Below, in pieces: positions 9,955 through 19,319 of a stretch of DNA of 64,000 bases. Source of the stretch: Candidatus Poribacteria bacterium (GTDB lineage: Bacteria; Poribacteria; WGA-4E; WGA-3G); NCBI GenBank assembly GCA_963663765.2, contig CAXXUA010000013.1, positions 672,001 to 736,000 on the forward strand. Direction: 5' to 3'. The notes under the pieces were generated by a model. That model saw only the letters and a list, made by a program, of their open reading frames with translations, had not been told where the DNA came from and did not search any database. The translations under genes and the position numbers were made by a program. Numbering within the stretch: position 1 is the first letter of the stretch; each line of letters opens with the position of its first letter.

Positions 9955-10995
9955 ATGATTACATTTACACTTTCCGAAAAGAAACAAAGTTTATATTCAG
10001 ATTATTGTCAATTTTTGTTATCAAGTTTTACAAACTTTACACAAACCTATATGGCAGACCATACTGATAAGTGGAGCCACGATCAAATCAATCGGTTTCT
10101 GAGCGGTGAAAACATCCCCGCGAATGAACTTTGGAACTCGGTCAAAAACGACATTGAGTTTGATGATGATGGCTACATTGTTTTTGACGATGTTGTGCTA
10201 CCTAAACTCTATGCGAAAGAGATTGAGGTCCTCCGTTCTCAGTGGAGTGGTAGCGACAAAAAAGTCGTTAAAGGCATTGGTATTGTGACGTGTATCTATG
10301 TCAATCCAAAGACAGAAGAGTATTGGATTATTGATTACCGTATTTATGACATAGATCATGATGGTAAAACCAAAATAGACCATTTACTGGAAATGTTGCA
10401 CAACGCTTACTCTAAAAAACAGATACCGTTTCGGACGGTGCTAATGGATACTTGGTATGCCTCCATGCAAGTTATGAAAGCGATTGAAAAACTTTCTAAG
10501 ATTTACTACGTGCCCCTGAAACGAAATCGTCTTGTAAACGATACGGATGGCGAGCAACCGCACCAACAAGTCCAAGACCTATCTTGGACCCGGACAGAAA
10601 TCCGGCAAGGGAAAAGCGTGCACATCAAGAAGTTTCCAAAAGGGTATCAAGTAAAGTTGTTCCGGATAGCCTCCTCTACCGGGCGCACGGAATATATTGT
10701 GACAAACGATTTATCTCAATCGGATGCGGATGCGGCACACCAAGAATGTCGTATACGTTGGAAGATTGAACAACTCCATCGTGAGATCAAACAAGTCACG
10801 GGTATTGGCAAATGTCAATGTCGCAAGTTGCGTGCCCAAAGAAATCATATTGCCTGTTGTTTTCAAATATGGGTCTGTTTGAAACGTGTTGCGCGTAAAC
10901 TTGGCAAAACAATTTATGAACTTAAACAAAGTTTATTGGATGATTATATGCGATATCAACTCTCAAATCCATCGATAATCTTTGAGACTGCGTAA
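9955..10995 (+). CDS. IS701-family DDE transposase
   Basis: SHDQINRFL, FDD, MDTWY, RWKIEQLHREIKQ, CQCR. Confidence 0.92.
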   Translation: MITFTLSEKKQSLYSDYCQFLLSSFTNFTQTYMADHTDKWSHDQINRFLSGENIPANELWNSVKNDIEFDDDGYIVFDDVVLPKLYAKEIEVLRSQWSGSDKKVVKGIGIVTCIYVNPKTEEYWIIDYRIYDIDHDGKTKIDHLLEMLHNAYSKKQIPFRTVLMDTWYASMQVMKAIEKLSKIYYVPLKRNRLVNDTDGEQPHQQVQDLSWTRTEIRQGKSVHIKKFPKGYQVKLFRIASSTGRTEYIVTNDLSQSDADAAHQECRIRWKIEQLHREIKQVTGIGKCQCRKLRAQRNHIACCFQIWVCLKRVARKLGKTIYELKQSLLDDYMRYQLSNPSIIFETA

Positions 10996-11074
10996 GTCCT
11001 GAAACTAAATAACCCTGCCCCAAATACACAAACAAATATACCTTTAACAACAAAATATGGTATAATACATTATT

Positions 11075-11827
11075 ATGAAAATTCAGAAACTTCAAAAACA
11101 AATTCATGTCCTTTTTCTATTGCTGGCGGTTGCTCTCATATCAGCATGTGACACAGGCAACTTGCTGGACATAGACAGAGAGATGCTTGATATTGATTTA
11201 GAAACAAATGCACAAAATGTCAATATCGGTGATACAACGACAATAAACGCACTCATAGATTATTCTGGGGATGTAGCAGTGTTGGTTTACGAATGGGACA
11301 CAAACGGTGGAAGGATTGTCGGGGACGGTACGAGTGTCGTTTTCGTTGCACCAGAAACTGCTGGCACCTATACGATTACGCTTGAAGTCAGTGACGGAAC
11401 GGTATCAGAACAAGAGAATATTCAGATACAAGTAGATTTAGGTAATGCCATAATTGCGATGCCTAACCGATATTGGCAAGGCACCACTTTTTCACAAACA
11501 TTGTCATTTCGTTTGAACATAGAAGAACTATTTAGGGATAACATTACATTACGATATGAGATACTTCAGGACACTGCTCAAGCGGGAGCGTTCCTGAGTA
11601 TTGCTATTGACGGTACGTCTGTCATTCAGGACAAAAGAATCGGCAGTGTACAACCAGCACGAATGATGAGTATTGCGGATGATGTTGATGTGACCTCAAT
11701 TATATCTACACCAGGGAATTATGAACTGACATTATCACTTGAAATCGTAAATGTTATGGAAGATGCTTGGTTGCTCCAGAAACTTACTATCATTGGTGCA
11801 GAAGGCACACTTTCAGAGATTCGTTGA
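11075..11827 (+). CDS. Lipoprotein with PKD/Ig-like domain
   Basis: Lipobox ISAC; YEW...FVAPETAGTYTITLEVSDG. Confidence 0.7.
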   Translation: MKIQKLQKQIHVLFLLLAVALISACDTGNLLDIDREMLDIDLETNAQNVNIGDTTTINALIDYSGDVAVLVYEWDTNGGRIVGDGTSVVFVAPETAGTYTITLEVSDGTVSEQENIQIQVDLGNAIIAMPNRYWQGTTFSQTLSFRLNIEELFRDNITLRYEILQDTAQAGAFLSIAIDGTSVIQDKRIGSVQPARMMSIADDVDVTSIISTPGNYELTLSLEIVNVMEDAWLLQKLTIIGAEGTLSEIR

Positions 11828-11843
11828 CACAACAGGAATTGTG

Positions 11844-12950
11844 GTGGAAGCCAAACTACAAACGCACGTAGAAGTTGACCTAAACGCCATTCAGAACAAC
11901 GCTTTAGAAATAAAAGCATGGACTGGTAAGCAATTAATTGCCGTTGTAAAAGCAGATGCGTATGGACACGGAGCCATTCCAGTTTCAAAAGCACTGCATA
12001 CAATTGCGGATATGTTCGCTGTCGCAACTGTTCAGGAAGGTATTGAACTACGTGAAGCAGGAATCCAAAATCCAATACTCATTCTATTTAGTCCGCTGCC
12101 AGAATTGGCTACAGAAATTGTAGCAAACAATTTGATCCCCGCAATAGATAATTGGGATTTAGCACAACGGTTAAATCAAGAGAAAGTTAAACATTCAAAG
12201 CACAATTCAAACGAAAGAATTAAGATACATATTGATGTCAATACTGGGATGAATCGTTGTGGTGTCCACTATTCACAAGTCAGTAAGTTTCTAAAAGAAC
12301 TCAGAGAATTGCAAGACCTTAAGGTAGCAGGTATCTTCACACATTTTGCAACAGCGGATGAGGAAGATAAAAGTTTTGCACATATTCAAATAGAAAGGTT
12401 TGCTTCCATACTTCCTAACATATCAGACATCCCGATGAAACATGTTGCTAACAGTGCAGCCGTTCTCGCAATAACAGAATCCCATTTTGATGCAGTCCGT
12501 CCGGGTTTGAGTCTTTACGGCATCTATCCCGCAAACGAAAAACCGATCCAATTACAACCTGCATTAACGTGGAAAGCTCCTGTTGGATGGGTAGGCTCAA
12601 TCGCATCTGGTGAAGGTGTGAGTTATGGATTGACATATACACCATCTGATCGCAAACGTGTCGCGGGTATACAGATCGGTTATGGTGACGGTTATCCTCG
12701 TTCACTCTCTAACATCGGTGAAGTATTGATTGGCGGTTTACGCAGACCCATTGTCGGACGTGTCTGCATGGATATGATAGTGGTTGGATTGGAAACTTCA
12801 GACAAAGTCTCTGTTAGTGATGAAGTCGTTCTAATCGGCAAACAGGGGAATGAGGAAATAACTATTAATGAAATCGCGGAAAAAGCAAACACAATTTCCT
12901 ACGAAATTCTAACAAACATTGGAAAACGCGTAAAACGAATCTATTCGTAA
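11844..12950 (+). CDS. alr: Alanine racemase
   Basis: AVVKADAYGHGA, GYGDG, GRVCMD, TISYEIL; start placed at GTG after AGGA. Confidence 0.95.
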   Translation: MEAKLQTHVEVDLNAIQNNALEIKAWTGKQLIAVVKADAYGHGAIPVSKALHTIADMFAVATVQEGIELREAGIQNPILILFSPLPELATEIVANNLIPAIDNWDLAQRLNQEKVKHSKHNSNERIKIHIDVNTGMNRCGVHYSQVSKFLKELRELQDLKVAGIFTHFATADEEDKSFAHIQIERFASILPNISDIPMKHVANSAAVLAITESHFDAVRPGLSLYGIYPANEKPIQLQPALTWKAPVGWVGSIASGEGVSYGLTYTPSDRKRVAGIQIGYGDGYPRSLSNIGEVLIGGLRRPIVGRVCMDMIVVGLETSDKVSVSDEVVLIGKQGNEEITINEIAEKANTISYEILTNIGKRVKRIYS

Positions 12951-12954
12951 TATA

Positions 12955-12990
12955 TTATGCACATATTTATGCACATATTTATGCACATAT
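12955..12990. repeat. 12-bp tandem repeat x3
   Basis: (TTATGCACATAT)3 between alr and the ABC gene. Confidence 0.9.
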
Positions 12991-13000
12991 TAGAAATCAA

Positions 13001-13918
13001 ATGTTAATTGAAGTCAATAATTTATCTGTCTTTTTTGGAACAAATGCTGCATTAGACGATCTCTCTGTAGAATTAGAGGGGGGTGCAATAGGCTTGTTGG
13101 GACCCAACGGAGCAGGAAAAAGCACCTTGATTAAAATGCTACTCGGATTTATTAAACCGAGTCATGGTGCAGCAAAAGTATTCGGATTAGATGTGCAAGT
13201 CAATCAAGTGAATATCCGACAAAAGATGGGATATATGCCGGAAGACGATTGCCTAATTCCGTTAATGAACGCGGTTCAACTTGTGGCTTATGCAGGAGAA
13301 CTCTGTGGCATGCCATCACGCGATGCGATGCAACGTGCCCACGAAGTGCTATACTATGTCGGTATTGATGAAGAACGTTACCGACCCATAAGTGGGTATT
13401 CGGCAGGTATGCGACAACGGGTGAAATTAGCACAAGCATTGGTTCACGATCCTGACCTTCTATTACTTGATGAACCAACAAACGGAATGGATACAACGGG
13501 AAGAGAGGAGATGCTATTACTTGTTAAAGACATTGCTGTAGATAAGGGGATAGACGTGGTTCTATCTTCCCATCTATTGCCAGATGTAGAATCTGCATGC
13601 CGACATGTGATAGCACTTTCTCACGGCAGCCTTGTGATACAAGGTAATATAGATGAACTCAGAAAAAACCACGGACAAGCATTTGACCTAAAAATTGTTG
13701 GTGATCGTGATGCCTATGTCAATGCATTAGAAGACTATCCTTATGATACAGAATTACGTCCTGATGGTCATGTGCGTGTTACTTCAAAAGCAACGGAGCA
13801 AACACAAGGATCGTTCTTCTTCACATTGGCACATGAAACAGGTGTTCAACTCCGTCAAATGAGAGAAGTAAAACACTCTCTTGAGGATGTTTTTGCTGAC
13901 GCAATGGAAATGGATTGA
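13001..13918 (+). CDS. ABC transporter ATP-binding protein (ABC-2 type)
   Basis: GPNGAGKST, YSAGMRQ, LLLDEP, SSH. Confidence 0.92.
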   Translation: MLIEVNNLSVFFGTNAALDDLSVELEGGAIGLLGPNGAGKSTLIKMLLGFIKPSHGAAKVFGLDVQVNQVNIRQKMGYMPEDDCLIPLMNAVQLVAYAGELCGMPSRDAMQRAHEVLYYVGIDEERYRPISGYSAGMRQRVKLAQALVHDPDLLLLDEPTNGMDTTGREEMLLLVKDIAVDKGIDVVLSSHLLPDVESACRHVIALSHGSLVIQGNIDELRKNHGQAFDLKIVGDRDAYVNALEDYPYDTELRPDGHVRVTSKATEQTQGSFFFTLAHETGVQLRQMREVKHSLEDVFADAMEMD

Positions 13919-13960
13919 TACACAATCTCTCTTAAGGGATGTTAGTAGAAAGGAAATCAG

Positions 13961-15292
13961 ATGACAGATCAAGATAACCTCATTGAAGTTGGTGTGGCAC
14001 ATATAGACATTACCCCAGAATACCCAATCCGACTCAACGGATACGGAAGTCGACGAACAGAATCCGAAGGAATTATCCAACGAATATATGCAAAAGCACT
14101 TGTTATCGGCAGTGATGATGAAAACCCCGTTGCTATGATAATGGTAGAAAACTGTGGATTACCGGATGAGTTAACCGAGGAGGTGTCTGCCCGTGTAGAG
14201 CATAAGTCAGGTATTCCACGTGAGAGATTTGTTTCTTGCTACACACATACGCACAGTGCACCGTGTTTGACTGGTGCTGCATCGTTTATCTTTAGTGCTG
14301 ATGTTTCACCTGAAGAGCAGGAGACGATTGATCGTTACACGCAACATCTGAAAAACTGGATGGAAGCAGTCGTATTGGAAGCACTCACAAAGCGTAAACC
14401 GTGTCGCATGAAATGGAATGTTGGTGAACTCGGATTTGCGAAAAATCGGCGTACTGATGGTGGACCAGTAGATCACTCGTTACCTGTCATTCAGTTTGTT
14501 GATGAAGATGACACTTTACGGGCAATATGGACAAGTTATGCGTGCCATTGTACAACATTAGCAGGTTCTGACAACCACATCTGTGGAGATTGGGCTGGTT
14601 TCGCACATGAGGAAATTCAGAGGAAACACCCGGAAACGACAGCATTCATAACCATCGGATGTGGTGCTGATGCAAACCCAGAATCACGGATGCGACCCAT
14701 GCCTGAAGACAAACAAGAGGTTTTTGTTACCCGTCTTGCTTATGCTAAAGAACATGGACAGGCACTTGCACAAGAGGTAGAACACCAACTTGAACGAGAT
14801 GTCAATACTTTATCTAATGTGCCGAAAAGCGTACTTGAAAGAGTGAATTTGCCTTTTGACAAACTGCCAACCCGTGAGGAATGGGAAGCAAAAGCAGCAC
14901 AAGGTGGTGCAGTTGGATACCATGCCAAAAAACACCTTGAGATGTTAGACATTGAACAAGACATAAAGACTGAGATATCTTATCCGATACAGGTATGGAC
15001 CTTCGGTGATGAATTGGCAATTCTCTTCCTTGCAAGTGAGGTTGTCGTAGATTATTCGCTACGACTGAAAAAGGAGTTTGATGCAACAAGGCTATGGGTC
15101 GGTGCATACTCAAACGCTTTTCCAGGTTATATACCATCTGAACGGGTGTTAGCAGAAGGGGGTTACGAAGGTGGCGGTGCAATGATCTATTTCGGTCAAC
15201 CGACGAGATTTGCTCCCGGTGTTGAACAATTGATAATTGATGTAGTACATAATTTACTACCTTCAGAATTTCTTACAAAATCCAACAACTGA
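13961..15292 (+). CDS. Neutral/alkaline ceramidase-like family protein
   Basis: DITP, LNGYGSR, THTHSAP, YACH, GCGADANP, GYIPS-EGGYE. Confidence 0.75.
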   Translation: MTDQDNLIEVGVAHIDITPEYPIRLNGYGSRRTESEGIIQRIYAKALVIGSDDENPVAMIMVENCGLPDELTEEVSARVEHKSGIPRERFVSCYTHTHSAPCLTGAASFIFSADVSPEEQETIDRYTQHLKNWMEAVVLEALTKRKPCRMKWNVGELGFAKNRRTDGGPVDHSLPVIQFVDEDDTLRAIWTSYACHCTTLAGSDNHICGDWAGFAHEEIQRKHPETTAFITIGCGADANPESRMRPMPEDKQEVFVTRLAYAKEHGQALAQEVEHQLERDVNTLSNVPKSVLERVNLPFDKLPTREEWEAKAAQGGAVGYHAKKHLEMLDIEQDIKTEISYPIQVWTFGDELAILFLASEVVVDYSLRLKKEFDATRLWVGAYSNAFPGYIPSERVLAEGGYEGGGAMIYFGQPTRFAPGVEQLIIDVVHNLLPSEFLTKSNN

Positions 15293-15305
15293 AAGAGAGA
15301 ATGAA

Positions 15306-16061
15306 ATGGAAATTAGACAAAATAAGATTAAACAGAAATTGGCAAATGATGAACTTGCCTATATTGTCGCAGGATTGACAAATGCAGATGATATTGATGC
15401 TTTTGGTCCTAATGGATACGATGGTGTGTGGTTGGAAGGTGAACATGGCAATGTAACCGCATTGAACCTAAGTGACCTTACCCGTGCATGTGATATATGG
15501 GGTATGGCTCCTATTGTTCGTGTCAATCGCAATGATCAAGCACTTATCTACCGCACATTAGATTGCGGTGCAATGGGTATCGTTGTGCCGCATGTCAACA
15601 ACAAAGCAGAAGCACAAAATGTAGTTGATGGTGGAAAGTTTGCACCAATTGGACATCGTGGGATGTATACAAGCCGTCAAGGATACGGTGTTGAAAACTA
15701 TCTTGAGGTTGCTAATGAACAGACGTTACTGGTTGTCTTAATAGAAGATATTGTGGCAGTTGAGAACTTGGACGAAATCCTTACTGTTGAACATATTGAT
15801 GTGTTCTTTGTAGCACCTTCGGATTTGGCAACGTCAATGGGACACATCGGCAATAATGACCATCCAGATGTTCAGAACACCATTGACACGACACTGGCAC
15901 GTATCCAAGATGCAGGACGGGTTGCAGGTACCATGACATCAACTGCTACTGTTGAGAAATATGCCAAAGCAGGTGTGCAGTTTTTACTTGTTGGTGTTGG
16001 GGAATGGATCTCAGCTGGTGCTGCGGAATATAAACTACGTGCAGAACGTGTGAAAAACTGA
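15306..16061 (+). CDS. HpcH/HpaI aldolase family protein
   Basis: LEGEHG, LDCGAMGIVVPHV, IED, VFFVAPSDL. Confidence 0.88.
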   Translation: MEIRQNKIKQKLANDELAYIVAGLTNADDIDAFGPNGYDGVWLEGEHGNVTALNLSDLTRACDIWGMAPIVRVNRNDQALIYRTLDCGAMGIVVPHVNNKAEAQNVVDGGKFAPIGHRGMYTSRQGYGVENYLEVANEQTLLVVLIEDIVAVENLDEILTVEHIDVFFVAPSDLATSMGHIGNNDHPDVQNTIDTTLARIQDAGRVAGTMTSTATVEKYAKAGVQFLLVGVGEWISAGAAEYKLRAERVKN

Positions 16062-16095
16062 ACTATCCTTAATGCGTCTGTAAAAGGAGATTGAT

Positions 16096-16380
16096 ATGAG
16101 GGATTTCTTTAATTTCAAACGAATGCTCATTCCCATAATCATACCAACTCTATTTAGGTTAAGTATCTATTTTTGTATCGTTGCAGGTATCTATCAGATT
16201 ATCCAACATATTAATTTATTCGGTGCTGATTTAGTTAGTATTCTTCTATTAGCAATATATTGGTTAGTGCTTGCGCCGCTTTTTCTGCGTATCATCTGTG
16301 AAGTATTAATCATCCTATCAAACATAAACGACAGTCTAACAGAGATTAAGAATCAACCGAAACTTAAACACGAGGAATAA
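16096..16380 (+). CDS. Small membrane protein (DUF4282-like)
   Basis: FFNFKRMLIP, two hydrophobic segments, RIICE..I...INDSL. Confidence 0.65.
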   Translation: MRDFFNFKRMLIPIIIPTLFRLSIYFCIVAGIYQIIQHINLFGADLVSILLLAIYWLVLAPLFLRIICEVLIILSNINDSLTEIKNQPKLKHEE

Positions 16381-16395
16381 AATCAGTAAAATGCT

Positions 16396-16941
16396 ATGAA
16401 AATCTATACCAAATTTGGTGATACTGGTGAAACTGCACTCTATGGTGGTACACGTACTCCGAAAGACGCACTGCAGATTGAAGCAATTGGAACAGTCGAC
16501 GAACTCAATGCTTATATCGGTTATGCACAAACGTTGATAGACGATGCCGATCTAACTGATTTACTTGTGCGTATTCAAAATCAACTTTTTTCACTCGGAG
16601 CAGATTTAGCTACACCCACGAATCATACGAAGTCCGCTGAGATGCGAATCTCTGCTGAATTCACATCAGAGATGGAAAAAGCCATTGATACCCTCTCTGA
16701 TGAACTTCCGCCACTGACGAACTTCATTTTGCCCGGTGGTGGTGCCGCAGGTGCTGTTCTTCATGTTTCCCGTGCTGTGTGTCGCCGAAGTGAACGGTGC
16801 GTTGTAAGACTAACCCGTGAAGTAAAAGATGTAAATCCAGAAATAATCCGTTGTCTTAATAGACTATCAGACCTATTGTTTGTTATGGCACGCGTGGTAA
16901 ACAACCGAACAAAAATACCAGAACCGATCTGGGAATCTTAG
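16396..16941 (+). CDS. pduO: Cob(I)alamin adenosyltransferase, PduO type
   Basis: KIYTKFGDTGET, GTVDELNA, FILPGG, RAVCRRSER, LNRLSDLLF. Confidence 0.93.
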   Translation: MKIYTKFGDTGETALYGGTRTPKDALQIEAIGTVDELNAYIGYAQTLIDDADLTDLLVRIQNQLFSLGADLATPTNHTKSAEMRISAEFTSEMEKAIDTLSDELPPLTNFILPGGGAAGAVLHVSRAVCRRSERCVVRLTREVKDVNPEIIRCLNRLSDLLFVMARVVNNRTKIPEPIWES

Positions 16942-16952
16942 GGAATATAACT

Positions 16953-17351
16953 GTGGATAAGAACATTGAGGGTCTTGTAGAGAAACATTATTGGCGCGCT
17001 GTGTCATTTCTGATCATTCTCATTTTGTTGGGAACGGGATTCTGGAGTTTGCGACGATTTCACCCAACTTTATTCCTCGGCAAACCAGATTTTATCGCTG
17101 TTCCAAACGAAGCACTTCCAAAACAGGACATTCCAAAACTAATTGAAACTAAACCGAAACTTCTTAATATCAATACTGCTACTGCAGAAGAACTTCAAAC
17201 TCTTTCTGGGATTGGTCCGCAGATGTCACAAAAGATTATCCAACATCGTGAAGCGTATGGGAGTTTTTCTTCTGTGAAGGATTTGATGAATGTGAAAGGA
17301 ATCGGTGAAAAGACGTTAGAGAAGTTGAAGCCGTTTATTAGTGTGGAATAA
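16953..17351 (+). CDS. comEA: ComEA-family helix-hairpin-helix DNA-binding protein
   Basis: N-terminal TM helix; NINTATAEELQTLSGIGP; VKGIGEKT. Confidence 0.88.
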   Translation: MDKNIEGLVEKHYWRAVSFLIILILLGTGFWSLRRFHPTLFLGKPDFIAVPNEALPKQDIPKLIETKPKLLNINTATAEELQTLSGIGPQMSQKIIQHREAYGSFSSVKDLMNVKGIGEKTLEKLKPFISVE

Positions 17352-17379
17352 AGCACATCACATGTTTTCAAATGAAGCG

Positions 17380-17979
17380 TTATAACATACCATTTTCAGT
17401 AAAAACATGTTGCATTGGAACATCCCAAGGTTGAGGACATAAATTTTTCACTATTTGTATCTGAAATGCAAGACCTGCGGTTACCGCATTCGGACAGGTG
17501 GGTAGAAAACGGTCATAAAACCCTTTGCCATATCCGAGACGATTGCCAGCTAAATCAAAAGCAACTCCTGGAACGAGGATAAGTTGGATCTGATCATGTG
17601 GAAAAACAGGACAACTTTGATTAGCTTCCATCATACCATAACGGTGTTTAACCAGATCATCTTTCAAATTCTGAATATGTCTTGGAATAAGTTTACCACT
17701 CTCCATATCAACTACGGGAGAAATTACCTGTATTCCTTGTTTGAGAAGGACATCACACAGTTCCCATGTTTCTACTTCACTTCTCATACTCAGATAAACC
17801 ATCATCGCTTCTAAAGACCAACATTCACTTTGCTCAATCCATTCCAAAACATTTTGTACAATGTGTTTGCTGTACAAAGTACGCTCAACATTAGTAAGCT
17901 TATCACGTTTTCGTAGCGTATCTACACGAATGGATTCCCGTATATGTGCGTTACCCATTTTTTCAGTCTTTCCATTCAA
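17380..17979 (-). CDS. ygfA: 5-formyltetrahydrofolate cyclo-ligase
   Basis: LVPGVAFD-G-RLGYGKGFYDR, PWDVPM; true start may be ATG 17958. Confidence 0.9.
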   Translation of the reverse strand: MNGKTEKMGNAHIRESIRVDTLRKRDKLTNVERTLYSKHIVQNVLEWIEQSECWSLEAMMVYLSMRSEVETWELCDVLLKQGIQVISPVVDMESGKLIPRHIQNLKDDLVKHRYGMMEANQSCPVFPHDQIQLILVPGVAFDLAGNRLGYGKGFYDRFLPTCPNAVTAGLAFQIQIVKNLCPQPWDVPMQHVFTENGML

Positions 17980-19309
17980 TATGATCTATGTGTTTTGCAA
18001 GTGCATCGCGAAAAGTGGAAGGTTTCATGGAGAGTAATCGTGCAGCCTGCGTCTTATTCCCGTCTGTTTTTCGCATCGCCCAAGCAATTAACTCACGTTC
18101 AGTAGATTTAATGATTTCATGATATGAGGTAGCACTCGGTGTGCTATCAAGTTTTTCAAAGGTTGGAAGTTTTAAATCTATCGGAATGTCCTCTGCAGTA
18201 ATGTCTGTTCCACTTTTGACAGAGACAAGCCGCTCAACGATATTTTCAAGTTCACTGATGTTACCCGGCCACGGATATTCTGTTAGTATGTTTACAGCAT
18301 CTGGTTTCATTCTGATGGCTTGATGTGGCGAGAAAATATCCAAAAAATGAGATATTAACATCGGGATATCTGTTTTGCGTTCACGCAACGGTGGCAGGAA
18401 TAGTGGAACAACATTCAATTGATAGTAAAGTTCCTCAAGAAAATCACCATGTTTTGTTTTTTCTTTTAGACATTCCCGACTTGTTGAAATGATCCGCACA
18501 TCAATTTCTTTAGGTTCATTTTCAGAAGGATCAATAATCTTGTCATTTTTCAACACGGACAATAACTTTGCTTGCAAGTCTATCGGCATGGTCTCTACAT
18601 TTACCACAAATAAAGTGCCTTGGTTTGCCAATTGTATTTTTCCTTGTTGGGTTTGAATACCAAAAAACTCAGTATCAATTGCATCGGCAGAGAGACCAAT
18701 ACAATTGATACTCACATAAGGTTGATGTTGACGTGCACTTTGGAGATGGATGGTTTTTGCTAACAGAGATTTACCTGTCCCCTCCTCACCAAATATCATA
18801 ATGTTACTATCTGATGAAGCAAGCTTGGGTAGGACTTTGAGTATTTCCTGTATCTGTTGGCTCTTTCCAATCAATGTTTGGTAAAGTGAGGGTTCTTGAG
18901 TAGTAGTAGATGTTTTGACAGAAGAAGTCTTATTGTCAACGGGTGTTTTACCCCTTAAAGTCTTGAGTTTATCTAACATTATGATTAACTCATCACTTGA
19001 AAAAGGCTTTTTTATGTAGTTATACGCTCCAAATCTTAGTGCTTCAACAGCTGTTTCTACACTTGCATAGGCGGTCATGACAATTACAGTGATTTGTGGA
19101 TGATCTTTTTTGACTTTTTTCAGGAAATCAATTCCGTGCATTTGTGGCATCCGTAAATCAGTTACCAAAACATCAAACTTCTCCTGTTGCAGCAGTTGCA
19201 ACCCGATCATAGGTGACTCAACAGCAATTGCATCGTAATTGGCATCGCGCAAGTCATCGCGGAGTGTCATGCGTTTTAGTTTTTCATCATCAACAACCAG
19301 GATTTTCAT
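17963..19309 (-). CDS. NtrC-like response regulator (REC-AAA+-HTH) with degenerate AAA+ motifs
   Basis: VVDDE, TDLRMP, GEEGTGKS, YPWPGNISELEN, GNKTQAARLL; GAFTGA absent. Confidence 0.88.
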   Translation of the reverse strand: MKILVVDDEKLKRMTLRDDLRDANYDAIAVESPMIGLQLLQQEKFDVLVTDLRMPQMHGIDFLKKVKKDHPQITVIVMTAYASVETAVEALRFGAYNYIKKPFSSDELIIMLDKLKTLRGKTPVDNKTSSVKTSTTTQEPSLYQTLIGKSQQIQEILKVLPKLASSDSNIMIFGEEGTGKSLLAKTIHLQSARQHQPYVSINCIGLSADAIDTEFFGIQTQQGKIQLANQGTLFVVNVETMPIDLQAKLLSVLKNDKIIDPSENEPKEIDVRIISTSRECLKEKTKHGDFLEELYYQLNVVPLFLPPLRERKTDIPMLISHFLDIFSPHQAIRMKPDAVNILTEYPWPGNISELENIVERLVSVKSGTDITAEDIPIDLKLPTFEKLDSTPSATSYHEIIKSTERELIAWAMRKTDGNKTQAARLLSMKPSTFRDALAKHIDHIEWKD

Positions 19310-19319
19310 TTTGATCCTC

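Larger units (their letters stand above)
8185..11001 (+). mobile_element. IS701-family element interrupted by an IS1634
   Basis: TIRs CAGGACTTACGCA (8185-8197) and TGCGTAAGTCCTG (10989-11001); flanking AAACT direct repeat. Confidence 0.9.

Noticed and set aside
17380-18000. 6S RNA upstream of ygfA
   Set aside because: ygfA directly abuts the regulator gene, leaving no room.
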